Source of the DNA: the human T2T-CHM13v2.0 reference genome, Homo sapiens
Length of the DNA stretch: 64,000 bases
Strand: one strand, 5' to 3'
Assembly (NCBI RefSeq): GCF_009914755.1
Contig: NC_060947.1
A program made the translations under genes and the position numbers. Shown piece by piece: positions 24,528 through 41,064 of the stretch (the first letter of the stretch is position 1; each line of letters begins with the position of its first letter). The notes beneath the pieces are model-generated. The model made no database searches. It was not told the DNA's origin and worked only from the letters and a program-made list of their open reading frames with translations.

Positions 24528-25544
24528 ATGGGGAAAAAACAGAACAGAAAAACGGGAAACTCTAAAATGCAGAGTGCCTCTCCTCCTCCAAAGGAACGCA
24601 GTTCCTCACCAGCAACGGAACAAAGCTGGATGGAGAATGACTTTGACGAGCTGAGAGAAGAAGGCTTCAGACGATCAAATTACTCTGAGCTACGGGAGGA
24701 CATTCAAACCAAAGGCAAAGAAGTTGAAAACTTTGAAAAAAATTTAGAAGAATGTATAACTAGAATAACCAATACAGAGAAGTGCTTAAAGGAGCTGATG
24801 GAGCTGAAAACCAAGGCTCGAGAACTACGTGAAGAATGCAGAAGCCTCAGGAGCCGATGCGATCAACTGGAAGAAAGGGTATCAGCAATGGAAGATGAAA
24901 TGAATGAAATGAAGCGAGAAGGGAAGTTTAGAGAAAAAAGAAAAAAAAGAAATGAGCAAAGCCTCCAAGAAATATGGGACTATGTGAAAAGACCAAATCT
25001 ACATCTGATTGGTGTACCTGAAAGTGATGGGGAGAATGGAACCAAGATGGAAAACACTCTGCAGGATATTATCCAGGAGAACTTCCCCAATCTAGCAAGG
25101 CAGGCCAACGTTCAGATTCAGGAAATACAGAGAACGCCACAAAGATACTCCTCGAGAAGAGCAACTCCAAGACACATAATTGTCAGATTCACCAAAGTTG
25201 AAATGAAGGAAAAAATGTTAAGGGCAGCCAGAGAGAAAGGTCGGGTTACCCTCAACGGGAAGCCCATCAGACTAACAGTGGATCTCTCGGCAGAAACCCT
25301 ACGAGCCAGAAGAGAGTGGGGGCCAATATTCAACATTCTTAAAGAAAAGAATTTTCAAGCCAGAATTTCATATCCAGCCAAACTAAGCTTCATAAGTGAA
25401 GGAGAAATAAAATACTTTACAGACAAGCAAATGTTGAGAGATTTTGTCACCACCAGGCCTGCCCTAAAAGAGCTCCTGAAGGAAGTGCTAAACATGGAAA
25501 GGAACAACCAGTACCAGCCGCTGCAAAATCATGCCAAAATGTAA
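24528..25544 (+). CDS. ORF1: LINE-1 ORF1p RNA-binding protein, full-length open frame (338 aa)
   Basis: MGKKQNRKTGNSK start, coiled coil, RRM, and REKG, ARREW and YPAKLS motifs; canonical length. Confidence 0.96.
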   Translation: MGKKQNRKTGNSKMQSASPPPKERSSSPATEQSWMENDFDELREEGFRRSNYSELREDIQTKGKEVENFEKNLEECITRITNTEKCLKELMELKTKARELREECRSLRSRCDQLEERVSAMEDEMNEMKREGKFREKRKKRNEQSLQEIWDYVKRPNLHLIGVPESDGENGTKMENTLQDIIQENFPNLARQANVQIQEIQRTPQRYSSRRATPRHIIVRFTKVEMKEKMLRAAREKGRVTLNGKPIRLTVDLSAETLRARREWGPIFNILKEKNFQARISYPAKLSFISEGEIKYFTDKQMLRDFVTTRPALKELLKEVLNMERNNQYQPLQNHAKM

Positions 25545-25580
25545 AGACCATCGAGACTAGGAAGAAACTGCATCAACTAA

Positions 25581-29433
<3,853 letters not shown>

Positions 29434-29476
29434 ACAATGAGATCACATGGACACAGGAAGGGGAATATCACATTCT

Positions 29477-29510
29477 GGGGACTGTGGTGGGGTGGGGGGA
29501 GGGGGGAGGG
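29477..29510 (+). other. G-quadruplex-forming G tract in the L1 3' UTR
   Basis: ggggactgtggtggggtggggggaggggggaggg; known feature of young L1 3' UTRs. Confidence 0.75.
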
Positions 29511-30357
29511 ATAGCATTGGGAGATATACCTAATGCTAGATGATGAGTTAGTGGGTGCAGCGCACCAGCATGGCACATGTATACATATGTAACTAACCTG
29601 CACAATGTGCACATATACCCTTAAACTTAAAGTATAATAAAAAAAAAATAGGACCTACTTGACGGTTGAGGATAGATAGAGGGTGAAGATTAGAAAGCTA
29701 TCTATTGAGTACTGTATTTTCTAACTTGGTGTTGAAATAATCTCTACACCAAACCCCCATGATATGCAATGTACCTATATAACAAACAAGCACATATACC
29801 TCAGAACCCTAAATAACAATTAAAAATATCATTAAAAACTTAGGAGCTATATGTTTGTATTTATTTATATTTTTAATTTTTAATTTTGTGGGTAGAGTGT
29901 AGGTATATATATTTATTAGGTACATAAACATTCAGGGGTTGGTATCTCTTCAGTACCCATTTTTAAAATAGTGTTTTGTTATAGTTTTTCATGCATTAAA
30001 CCAAATGAATTTATAGTCTATATACAGAGAGAGAGATTTATGTTTAATTTGTCTACTGGATGGTATTTCCTTTCTCCTGAGAAACATTATTTGCCAGAAC
30101 ACACTTGGTCAGTGGAGGTGGGGACTTATGCATCCATTTAATCATTAATAAAAATATATGAAATACTTCTATTTATATGCAAGTGTCATACATTGGGAAT
30201 TTAGGAATACAGTAATGACTATGAGGTAATCAAGGACACTTCATGTTTGTACATCTTTCTAGAAACATAAAGATATTTCTACAAAAATCTTTATGTTTGT
30301 AGAAAACAGTGTTTAAAGATATATTCGATGTGCTATACTGCAAAGACCACATTTTTA

Positions 30358-30499
30358 TTTTATTTTATTTTTTTAGAGAGACAGTGTCGGTCTCACTTTT
30401 TTGCCCAGGGTGGTCTTGATTTCCAGGGCTCAAGCAATTCTCTCATCTTGGCTTTCCAAAGGGCTGATATTACAGCTGTGAGCCACCATGCCCATTCTG
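30358..30499 (-). mobile_element. Free left Alu monomer (FLAM-like)
   Basis: Single arm with T-rich tail; 14-bp TSD agaccacattttta at 30344-30357 and 30500-30513. Confidence 0.88.
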
Positions 30500-33400
30500 A
30501 GACCACATTTTTAAATGTTAAGAGTGAAAACCATGTTTCACTTAGCCAATTGCCTCTCAGAATAGTTTAATTTATACACACAATTTCTTCCACTTGCTCT
30601 TGAAGCCATGATATATTTACTTCAGCAAAAGATTATGGTGGTAAATATAATACTTAATATATTAATTATATTCTTACAATAATATTTATAATATAGAAGT
30701 GAAATTATCCTTAAACATTAAATGGATCTCATTATTTTGCAGATAAAAAATTGAGTTCTCAGGTTACATGATTTGTGAATAATCACTTGGATGACAAATG
30801 GCAGTTTGACATTATGACACTTTTCTTGAATTCCAGTTGAAAGTCCTATAAATAATTTTTGATTTAGAAATTTAATAAAGGCCTTCTTATAAGTTTTGCA
30901 TGGGTGATATTTAAGCACTATATGCTAATTTTATGAATATGTGAAAATTATACATTAGTGTTCTAGTAAAAGAACAAGGGAAAAAGATGAAACAGGTGAA
31001 AGTAACTTCAACAAGACAGCAGAGTAGTAAATTATAGCCTTTATTCCCACAATAAGGAAAAACAATTGAACAACTATCCACAAAGAAAACATAATTCTAG
31101 AAAAGCTTGTGCCCAATTAAGCAGCTAAAGCAACAAAGAAGACAAAAACCGAGAATGACCACACAAAACAAGTAGAGAAAACAATTTTATTTTTAAGCAT
31201 TATTCCCAGCTCACAAAATGCCCCTGCAATAAAAAGGAGATCAGAGTGAACAACCAGCTTCTCTAGACTTTTGGGACACTGCCAGAAAGACATACTTTAT
31301 TTTCAACCCCACTCAAATTGCTGGGTTAGACTGTCATAGCCAAGACATCTGGAGACAGCTCAGAAAAAAAAAAAAAAGATTGGGAACTCTCGATATTAGT
31401 CGTGCAGAGGGAGCCATTGTACTCTGCAGTGGCCTCCTCTACACAAGACCCAACAGCTTCTCAGATGAGGGCCACAACAGATCTCACAACTGTTACGGAA
31501 GCCTTGCAACTTTTATCGCAGAGCCCTCACAGTGCTCAACATCAAAGATTCCAAAATCCTGCTCCCCAGTGGAACACAGCAGCTTTTCTTGCTGAAGAAA
31601 TATTAATCAATATTGCTGTAATAGATACTCTACCACTTTCAATGCCAAGTGCCTTCAGGGTTTGTTTGTTTGTTTCCTTTGTTTTTTTTTTTTCTTTCTT
31701 TTTTTGTTTTTTGCCCTTGCAGTCCCTATCTTCCTGATCTGTGAACCCTCCATCTCTTTTCCCTGGAGCTTCCTGAGGTGTAGCAATTGTGTGTGCCTGT
31801 AACAGGTACCCCACACAGCCACCATATGCATATCCACAAAATGTGCACATCTCGTTAAATGTAAATGAACTAGATTCTCCAATCAAAATACATAGAGGCC
31901 TAGACATTTTAAAAGAACACAAGACATAACTGTTTGCTGTGCACAGCAGACTAACTTCAACATTAAGGAAATACATAGACTAAAAGTTCAGAAATTTAAA
32001 GTGATATTCTATGCAAATGGAAACTGAAAAAAAGCAGACATAACTATACTTATATCAGACAAAATAGACTTTAAGTCAAAACTGTAACAAGAAATACACA
32101 GGGTCATTCTCTAATGAAAAGAGAATGAGTTCATCAAGAGGATATAAAAATTATAAAAATATCTGTACCCATCAGTGGAGCACCTAAACATATAAAACAA
32201 TTATTAATCGGTCAGAAGAGAGTGATAGACTGAAATACAATAATAATAGGGTAATCCAATACCACACTTTCAGCAACGGACAGGTCATCCAGACAGAAAA
32301 CCAATACATTAACATTGGGCTTGAACTACACTTCAGACAAAATGAATCTAACATATTTATACAAAAGATTCTATCCACCACGGCAAAATACATATTTTTT
32401 TTTCAAACACACATGGCTTGTTCTCTGGAATTGACCATACTTTAAGCCACAAAACAAGTCCTATAAAGTTTAAGAAATTGAGATCATATCAACTATATTT
32501 TCTGATTACAATGGAATAAAACTAGAAGTCAATAACAAGGAAGAAAACTAGAAAATTCACAAATACATGGAAATTAACATATTCCTGTGCAATCATTGTA
32601 TCAAAGAAGAAACTAAAAGGGACACTAAAAAATCTTAAGAGACACAAAAATTGAAACACAACATGTCAAATCTTATGCGATGCCACAAAAGAAGTTCTAA
32701 GAGAAAGGCAACAAATGCTTACATCAGAAAAGAAGAAAGATAAGCAAATAAAAACCCAAAGTTATACGTCAAATAACTAGGAAACAATGAACAACCTAAG
32801 CCCAAAGCTAGTAGAAGAAGTAAAATAATAAGATCTGAGAAGAAAAAATGTAGACTAGAGAAAAAATAGAAAATATAAAAAAAGAAGAGGTGGTTTTTGA
32901 AAGATAAACAAAATAAACATTTAACTAGACTAAGAAAAAAAAAGACTCAAATAAATAAAATCTGAAATTAAGGAGAAACCATTACAACTGATACCACTAA
33001 AATGCAAAGGATAATGAGACTATTATGAACCATTATACACCAACAAACTGGATAACTTAAAAGCAATTAATAAATTCCTAGAATCATATAATCTAATCAA
33101 CACTGAATCATGAAGGCAGAGAATCTTAACAGACCAGTAACAAGCAAAGAGATTGAATCAATAATAAAAATGTCTCATAAAAAATTCTTCCAATCCCATT
33201 TTATGAGGACAGCATCATCCTGGTATCAAACCCAGACAAGAATATTACAGAAAAAGAAATTACAAGCCAGTAGGACTAATGAACATAGATATAAACATCT
33301 TCAACAAATGCTAGCAAATCAAATATAAGAACACATTAAAACTATCATACACCATAATCAAATGATATTTATTACTGAGACGCAAGGATGCTTCATATAT

Positions 33401-33784
33401 GCAAATCAATAAATGTAATACAGTAGCTGAACAGACTAAAAAACAAAAGCATATGATCATTTTAATTAATGTAGGAAAAGCATATGGAAAAATTCATCAT
33501 CATTTCATGATGAAAACCTCTCAAGAAATTAGGTATAGAAAAAAAGTACCTCAACATAGTAAAGGCTATATTTTACAGGCCCAGAGCTAATATCAAAAAT
33601 AAAAGTTGGAAGCTTTTCTTCTAAGATCAGGAACAAAACAAGAATGCTCACTCTTGCCACTTCTATTTAACATAATACTGGAAGTTCTAGCCAGAGCAAT
33701 TAGCAAAAGAAACAAAACCAAAAACACATCTAAATCATAAAAGAAGACGTTAAATTGTCTTTGTTTAAAGATGACATTATATAC

Positions 33785-34435
33785 GTATGTGTGTGTGTGT
33801 GTGTGTGTATGTATAGATAGATATAGCTCCATACATTACTTCTAGAGGGATGTATATCCCTATATACTGCACAAAACACCTTTAAAAGTAATGTACAAAT
33901 ATATATATATACACGTGTGTATTACACACACGTATATATATTTGTACATAATATATACATATATAATGTACATACATGTACATATTTAATGTGCAAAATT
34001 TGTACATTATATGTTACTGTACATTATATAATGTACAAATATATAATGTACATATTTAATGTACATATTTGTACATTATATAATGTACATATTTAATATA
34101 CATATTTGTACATTATATAATGTACATATTTAATGTACATATTTGTACATTATATAATGTACATATTTAATGTACATATTTGTACATTATATAATGTACA
34201 TATTTGTACATATTTGTACATTATATAATGTACATATTTGTACATATTTGTACATTATATAATGTACATATTTGTACATTATATATACATATATATGTAC
34301 ATATATACGTATATATATTGTACATATATATGCATATATATATACACGTATATATAGTACATATATATACACATGTATATATATTGTACATATATATACG
34401 TGTATACACACACACACATACACACACAAACATAC
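33785..34435. repeat. AT-rich palindromic minisatellite / low-complexity block
   Basis: Seven copies of the 20-bp palindrome TGTACATTATATAATGTACA (34018-34268, mostly 34-37 bp period), bracketed by (TG)n and (CA)n. Confidence 0.95.
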
Positions 34436-34767
34436 CCACACATCCCTGTAGACTGCACAAAACACCTCTAGAAGGAATGTATGAATTTAGGAAAGCTGCA
34501 GCATACAAATCAACAAACAAAAATCTGTTGCATTTCTATGCACTAACAAAGAACTATTCAAATAAGGAAACAAACCAAAAAAAAACAGTCAAATTTAGAA
34601 TAACATCAGAAATAATAGAATACATAGAAATAAATTTAACCAATGAGTTATAAAACCTGTACACTGAAAACTATAAAATATTGATAAGAGAAATTAAAGA
34701 AGACTTAAAAAGAAACATAGCCCAAGTTTATAAACTGGAAAAATTAATAATGTACAAATGTCTATAC

Positions 34768-35092
34768 TACCTTAGTCCATTTTGTGCTGTGATAAAAAAC
34801 ACCTAAGACTGGGTAATTTATAATGAAGAAAAACCTATTTGGATCACAGTTCTAGGGGTTGGGAAATTCAGGACTATGGAAAGAGGGAAAGCAAGAAGAA
34901 GATGAACTCATCCTTTTTTCAACAATTCATTTCTGTGATAACTAAACCACTATCATGATAACGGCATTAATTCATTCATGATGGCAAAACTTTATGAACT
35001 TATTATATTTTTAAGGTCTTACCTCTCAACACTGTTGCATTGGGGATTAAATTTCAAACACCTGAACTTTGAGGACACATTCAAAGCAAAAC
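34768..35092 (-). mobile_element. MSTC/MSTD-like MaLR LTR, internally deleted
   Basis: 'cttagtccattttgtgctg...gactgggtaatttataa...ggcattaattcattcatga...ggacacattcaaa'. Confidence 0.75.
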
Positions 35093-35861
35093 AACCTAAG
35101 TAATCTACAATGTCAACATAATTTCTATCAAAATTACTATAGCATTTTTCACAGACATAGAAAAGAAATCCTTAAGATTGTATGACAAAACCACAAGGAA
35201 ATCTGTGTAAGGATTTCAACCCCACATTTCCCTTTGGCACTGCTCTAGTAAATTCTCTCTGTTGAGGCTTTGCCTCTATGACAGGTTTCTGCCTGGCCCT
35301 GAGGCTTTCCTACATGTTCTCTGAAATCTAGGTTGAAGGTGCCAAGCCTCCTTCACTTTTTCATTCTGTGCACCTGCAGGATAAATACCACATGGAAGCT
35401 GCCAAGGCTTATGGCTTGAGCTCTGCAAGGCAGCGGCTTGAGTTATACCTAGGGCCCTCTGAGCCATGGCTGGAACTGGAGCAGCAGGGATGCATGGAGC
35501 AGTGCTCCAAGTCGGCACAGGGCAGTGGGGCTTTGAACCTTGCCCACAAAACCATTCTTTTGTCCTTGGTCCTTTGGGCCTTTGACAGGAGGGTCTGCCT
35601 CAAAGATCTCTGAGATGTCTTTGAGGTCTTTATACTATTGTCTTGAATATTAGCACTTGGATCCCTTTTAGTCATGCAAATATCTCTAGCAAGTGGTTGC
35701 TCCACTGCCCATTTTAATTCCTCTACTGAAAATGCTCTTTGTTTCTCTATCACAATGCCAGGCTGCAAATTTTCCAAACTTTTACACTCTGTTTCCATTA
35801 TAATTTCCAACTTTGAGAAATTGCTTTCATATATTATTATAGACTTTTAGAAGGAAGGAAC

Positions 35862-36264
35862 TGTCAGGCCTCTGAGCCCAAGCTAAGCCATCATATCCCC
35901 TGTGATCTGCACGTACACATCCAGATGGGCGGTTCCTGCCTTAACTGATGACATTCCACCACAAAAGAAGTGAAAATGGCCTGTTCCTGCCTTAACTGAT
36001 GACATTGTCTTGTGAAATTCCTTCTCCTGGCTCATCCTGGCTCAAAAGCTCCCCCACTGAGTACCTTGTGACCCCCACTCCTGCCTGCCAGAGAACAAAC
36101 CCCCTTTTTCCTTTACCTACCCAAATCCTATAAAACGGTCCCACCGCATCTCCCTTCACTGACTCTCTTTTCGGACTCAGCCCACCTGCACCCAGGTGAA
36201 ATAAACAGCTTTATTGCTCACACAAAGCCTGTTTGGTGGTCTCTTCACACGGACACGCATGAAA
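35862..36264 (+). promoter_or_regulatory. 5' LTR7 (promoter/enhancer)
   Basis: tgtcaggcctctgagcccaagc...catgaaa; two type-I repeats 'ttcctgccttaactgatgacatt'; TATAAAA at 36129-36135. Confidence 0.95.
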
Positions 36265-36266
36265 TT

Positions 36267-36284
36267 TGGTGCAATGACTCAGAT
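36267..36284 (+). other. Primer-binding site for tRNA-His (3 mismatches)
   Basis: TGGTGCAATGACTCAGAT versus TGGTGCCGTGACTCGGAT, just after the 5' LTR. Confidence 0.88.
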
Positions 36285-36407
36285 CGGGGGACCTCCCTTG
36301 GGAAATCAATGCCCTGTCCTCCTGCTCTTTGCTCCATGAGAAAGATCCACCTACAACCTCAGGTTCTCAGACTGACCAGCCCAAGAAACATCTCACCAAT
36401 TTCAAAT

Positions 36408-36416
36408 CCGGTAAGC
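36408..36416 (+). promoter_or_regulatory. HERV-H major splice donor
   Basis: CCG|GTAAGC about 150 nt downstream of the 5' LTR, the position used by HERV-H chimeric transcripts. Confidence 0.75.
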
Positions 36417-37034
36417 AGCCTCTTTTTACTCTCTTCTCCAATCTCCCTCACTATCCCTCAACCTGTTTCTCCTTTCAATCTTGGCGCCACACTTCAATCT
36501 CTCCCTTCTCTTAATTTCAATTCCTTTCATTTTCTGGTAGAGACAAAGGAGACACGTTTTATCTGTGGACCCAAAACTCCGGCGCCAGTCACAGACTAGG
36601 GAAGGCAGCCTTCCCTTGGTGTTTAATCATTGCAGGGACACCTCTCTAATTATTCACCCAGGTTTCAGAGGTGTCAGACCACGCAGTGACGTCTGTGTTG
36701 GTCCTGCACCCTTAGCAGCAAGTCCTGCTTTTCTGGGGAAGGGGCAAGTACCCCAGCCCCTTCTCTCCGTGTCTCTACCCCTTCTTTGCCTTTCTGGGGG
36801 GCAAGAAACCCCCAAACCCTTCGCCTTCACCCTTAGTGGCAAGTCCTGCTTTTCTGGGGGAGGGGTAAGCACCCCAACCCCTTATATCTCTGTGCCCTGA
36901 TCCCTTATTTCCACACCCTGACCTCGTATCTCTGTGCCCCGACCGCTTTCCTGCTTTTCTGGAGGGTAAGAACTCCTAAACCCCTTCCCTCCATGTCTCT
37001 ACTCTCTCTTTTCTCTGGGTTTGCCTCCTTCACT

Positions 37035-38236
37035 ATGGGCAACCTTCCACCCTCCATTCCTCCTTCTTCTCCCTTAGCCTGTGTTCTTAAGAACTTAAAA
37101 CCTCTTCAACTCTCACCTGACCTAAAATCTAAGCATCTTATTTTCTTCTGCAATGCCTCTTGACCCCAATACAAACTCGACAGTAGTTCCAAATAGCCAG
37201 AAAACGGCACTTTCAATTTTTCCATCCTGCAAGATCTAAATAATTCTTGTCATAAAATGGGCAAACGGTCTGAGGTGCCTGACGTCCAGGCATTCTTTTA
37301 CACATCAGTCCCTCCCTAGTCTCTGTGCCCAGTGCAACTCATCCCAAATCTTCCTTCTTTCCCTCCCACCTGTCCCCTCAGTCCCAGCCCCAAGCATCAC
37401 TGAGTATTTCTAATCTTCCTTTTCTACAGACCCATCTGACCTCTCCCCTCCTCCCCAGGCTGCTCCTTACCAGGCTGAGCTAGGTCCCAATTCTTCCTCA
37501 GCCTCTGCTCCTCCACCCTATAATCCTTTTATCACCTCTCCTCCTCACACCCGGTCCAGCTTACAGTTTCGTTCTGTGACTAGCCCTCCCCCACCTGCCC
37601 AGCAATTTACTCTTAAAAAGGTGGCTGGAGCTAAAGGCATAGTCAAGGTTAATGCTCCTTTTTCTTTATCCCAAATCAGATAGCGTTTAGGCTGTTTTTC
37701 ATCAAATATAAAAATCCATCCCAGTTCATGACTTGTTTGGCAGCAACCCTGAGACACTTTACAGCCCTAGACCCTAAAATGTCAAAAGGCCATCTTATTC
37801 TCAAAATGCATTTTATTACCAAATCTGCTCCCAACATTAAATAAAACTCCAAAAATTAAATTCTGGCCATCAAACTCCACAACAGGATTTAATTAACCTC
37901 ACCTTCAAGGTGTACAATAATAGAAAAAAGTTGCAATTCCTTGCCTCCACTGTGAGACAAACCCCAGCCACATCTCCAGCACACAAGAACTTCCAAACGC
38001 CTGAACCGCAGCGGCCAGGTGTTCCTCCAGAATCTCCTCCCCCAGGAGCTTGCTACAAGTGCCAGAAATCTGACCACCAGGCCAAGGAATGCCTGCAGCC
38101 CAGGATTCCTCCTAAGCCTTGTCCCATCTGTGCGGGACCCCACTGGAAATTGGACTGTTCAACTCACCTGGCAGCCACTCCCAGAGCCCCTGGAACTCTG
38201 GCCCAGGGCTCTCTGACTGACTCCTTCTTGGCTTAG
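37035..38236 (+). pseudogene. gag: HERV-H gag remnant with two CCHC zinc knuckles
   Basis: ATGGGCAAC at the probable MA start; ORF 37910-38236 contains CYKCQKSDHQAKEC and CPICAGPHWKLDC; upstream part has stops. Confidence 0.85.
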
Positions 38237-38299
38237 CGACTGAAGACTGACGCTGCCCGATCGCCTCGGAAGCCCCATAGACCATCACAGACACCAAGC

Positions 38300-40430
38300 T
38301 TTAGGTAACTCTTACAGTGGAGGGTAAGTCCATCCTCTTCTTAATCAATACAGAGGCTACCCACTCCACATTACCTTCTTTTCAAGGGCCTGTTTCCCTT
38401 GCCTCCATAACTGTTGTGGGTATTGAGAGCCAGGCTTCTAAACCTCTTAAAACTCCCCAACTCTGGTGCCAACTTAGACAATACTCTTTTAAGCACTCCT
38501 TTTTAGTTATCCCCACCTGCCCAGTTCCCTTATTAGGCTGAGACACTTTAACCAAATTATCTGCTTCCCTGACTATTCCTGGACTACAGCTGCATCTCAT
38601 TGCCACCCTTCTCCCCAACCCAAAGCCTCTTTCGCATCTTCCTCTCATATCCCCCAACCTTAACCCACAAGTATAGGACATCTGTACTCCTTCCCTGGCA
38701 ACCGATCACATGCCCATTACCATCCCATTAAAACCTAATCACCTTTACCACGCTCAATGCCAATATCCCATCCCACAGCATGCTTTAAAAGGATTAAAGC
38801 CTGTTATCACTTGCCTGCTACAGCATGGGCTTCTAAAACCTATAAACTCTCCTTACAAATCCCCCATTTTACCTGTCCAAAAACTGGACAAGTCTTACAG
38901 ATTAGTTCAGGATCTGCGCCTTATCAACCAAATTGTTTTGCCTATCCATCCTGTGGTGCCCAACCCTTACACTCTTTTGTCCTCAATACCTTCCTCCACA
39001 ACTCACTATTCCATTCTCGATCTTAAAGATGCTTTTTTCACTATTCCCCTGCACCCCTCATCCCAGCCTCTCTTCACTTTCACTTAGACTGACCCTGACA
39101 TCCAATAGGCTCAGCAAATTACCTGGGCTGTACTGCTGCAAGCCTTCACAGACAGCCCCCGTTACTTCAGTCAAGCCCAAATTTCATCCTCATCTGTTAC
39201 CTATCTCGGCATAATTCTCATGAAAACACACGTGCTTTCCCTGCTGATTGTGTCCGATTAATCTCCCAAACCTCAATGCCTTACAAAACAACAACTCCTT
39301 TCCTTCCTAGGCATGGTTAGTGTGGTCAGAATTCTTACACAAGAGCCAGGACCGCACCCTGTAGCCTTTCTGTCCAAACAACTTGACCTTACTGTTTTAG
39401 CCTAGCCCTCATGTCCGCATGCAGAGGCTGCTGCTGCTTTAATACTTTTAGAGGCCCTCAAAATTACAAACTATGTTCAACTTACTCTCTACATTTCTCA
39501 TAACTTCCAAAATCTATTTTCTTTCTCATACCTGATGCATATACTTTCTGCTCCCCGGCTCCTTCAGCTGTACTCACTCACTCTTTGTTAAGTCCCACAA
39601 TTACCATTGTTCCTGGCCCGGACTTCAATCCGGCCTCCCACATTATTCCTGATACCACACCTGACCCCCATGACTGTATCTCTCTGATCCACCTGACATT
39701 CACCCCATTTCCCCATATTTCCATCTTTCCTGTTCCTCACCCTGATCACGGTTGATTTATTGATGGCAGTTCCACCAGGTCTAATCACCACACGCCAGCA
39801 AAGGCAGGCTATGCTATAGTACAAAGCCACTAGCCCGCCTCTTAAGACCTCTCATTTCCTTTCCATCGTGGAAATCTATCCTCAAGGAAATAACTTCTCA
39901 GTGTTCCATTTGCTATTCTACTACTTCTTAGGGATTATTCAGGCCCCCTCCCTTCCCTACACATCAAGCTCAAGGATTTGCCCCCACCCAGGACTGGCAA
40001 ATTAGCTTTACTCAACATGCCCCAAGTCAGATAACTAAAATACCTCTTAGTCTAGATAGACACTTTCACTGGATAGGTAGAGGCCTTTCCTACAGGGTCT
40101 GAGAAGGCCACCGCAGTCATTTCTTCCCTTCTGTCAGACACAATTCCTCAGCTTAGCCTTCCCACCTCTACACAGTCTGATAACAGACCAGCCTTTATTA
40201 GTTAAATCAGCCAAGCACTTTTTCAGGCTCCTAGTATTCAGTGAAACCTTTATATCCCTTACGGTCCTCTGTCTTCAGGAAAAGTAGAACGGACTAAAAG
40301 TCTTTTAAAAACACACCTCATCAAGCTCAGCCACCAATTTAAAAAGGACTGGACAATACTTTTACCACTGTCGCTTCTCAGAATTCAGGCCTGTCCTCGG
40401 AGTGCTACAAGGTACAGCCCATTTGAGCTC
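38300..40430 (+). pseudogene. pol: HERV-H pro-pol remnant (protease, partial RT, RNase H and integrase fragments)
   Basis: FLINTEATHS (catalytic DTG lost); RT motifs YRLVQDLRLIN and LDLKDAFF; many stops and deletions. Confidence 0.9.
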
Positions 40431-41064
40431 CTTTTTATTAGGCCCCAGTCTCATTCCAGACACCAGACCAACTTGGACTGTGCCCCAAAAAACTTGTCAT
40501 CCCTACTATCTTCTGTCAAGTCATACTCCTATTCACCGTTTTCAACTACTCATACATGCTCTGCTCTTGTTTACACTGCCAGTTTACACTGTTTCTCCAA
40601 GCCAGCACAGCTGATATCTCCTGGTGCTATCCCAAAACCGCCATTCTTAACTCTCAAAGTAAATAAATAATCTTTACTGGCAAGGCTATGCTGAACCTCC
40701 TTAGGCACTCTCTAATTAGATGTCCTAGGTCCTCCCAATTCTTAGTCCTTTAATACCTGTTTTTCTCCTTCTCTTATTCCATTTAGTTTTTCAATTCATA
40801 CAAAACTGTATCCAGGCCATCACCAATAATTCTAAATGACAAATGTTTCTTCTAACAACCCAACAATATCACCCCTTACCACAAAATCTTCCTTCAGCTT
40901 AATCTCTCCCACTCTAGGTTCCCACACCGCCCCTAATCCCGCTCGAAGCAGCCCTGAGAAACATCGCCCATTATCTCTCCATAACACCCCCAAAAAATTT
41001 TCACCGTCCCAACACTTTACCACTATTTCATTTTATTTTTCTTATTAATATAAGAAGACAGGAA

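Noticed and set aside
34018-34268. Regularly spaced palindromic repeats resembling a CRISPR array
   Set aside because: The spacers are themselves near-identical AT-rich repeats, there are no cas genes, and the context is primate DNA; it is a minisatellite
34187-34653. Y/I/H-rich ORFs of 92-149 aa
   Set aside because: Translation artefacts of the low-complexity repeat
36700-37010. Degenerate tandem repeats in the HERV-H leader
   Set aside because: Standard feature of the HERV-H pre-gag leader
40430-41050. Possible HERV-H env gene
   Set aside because: Only about 600 bp with short ORFs; env is deleted as in the common HERV-H form
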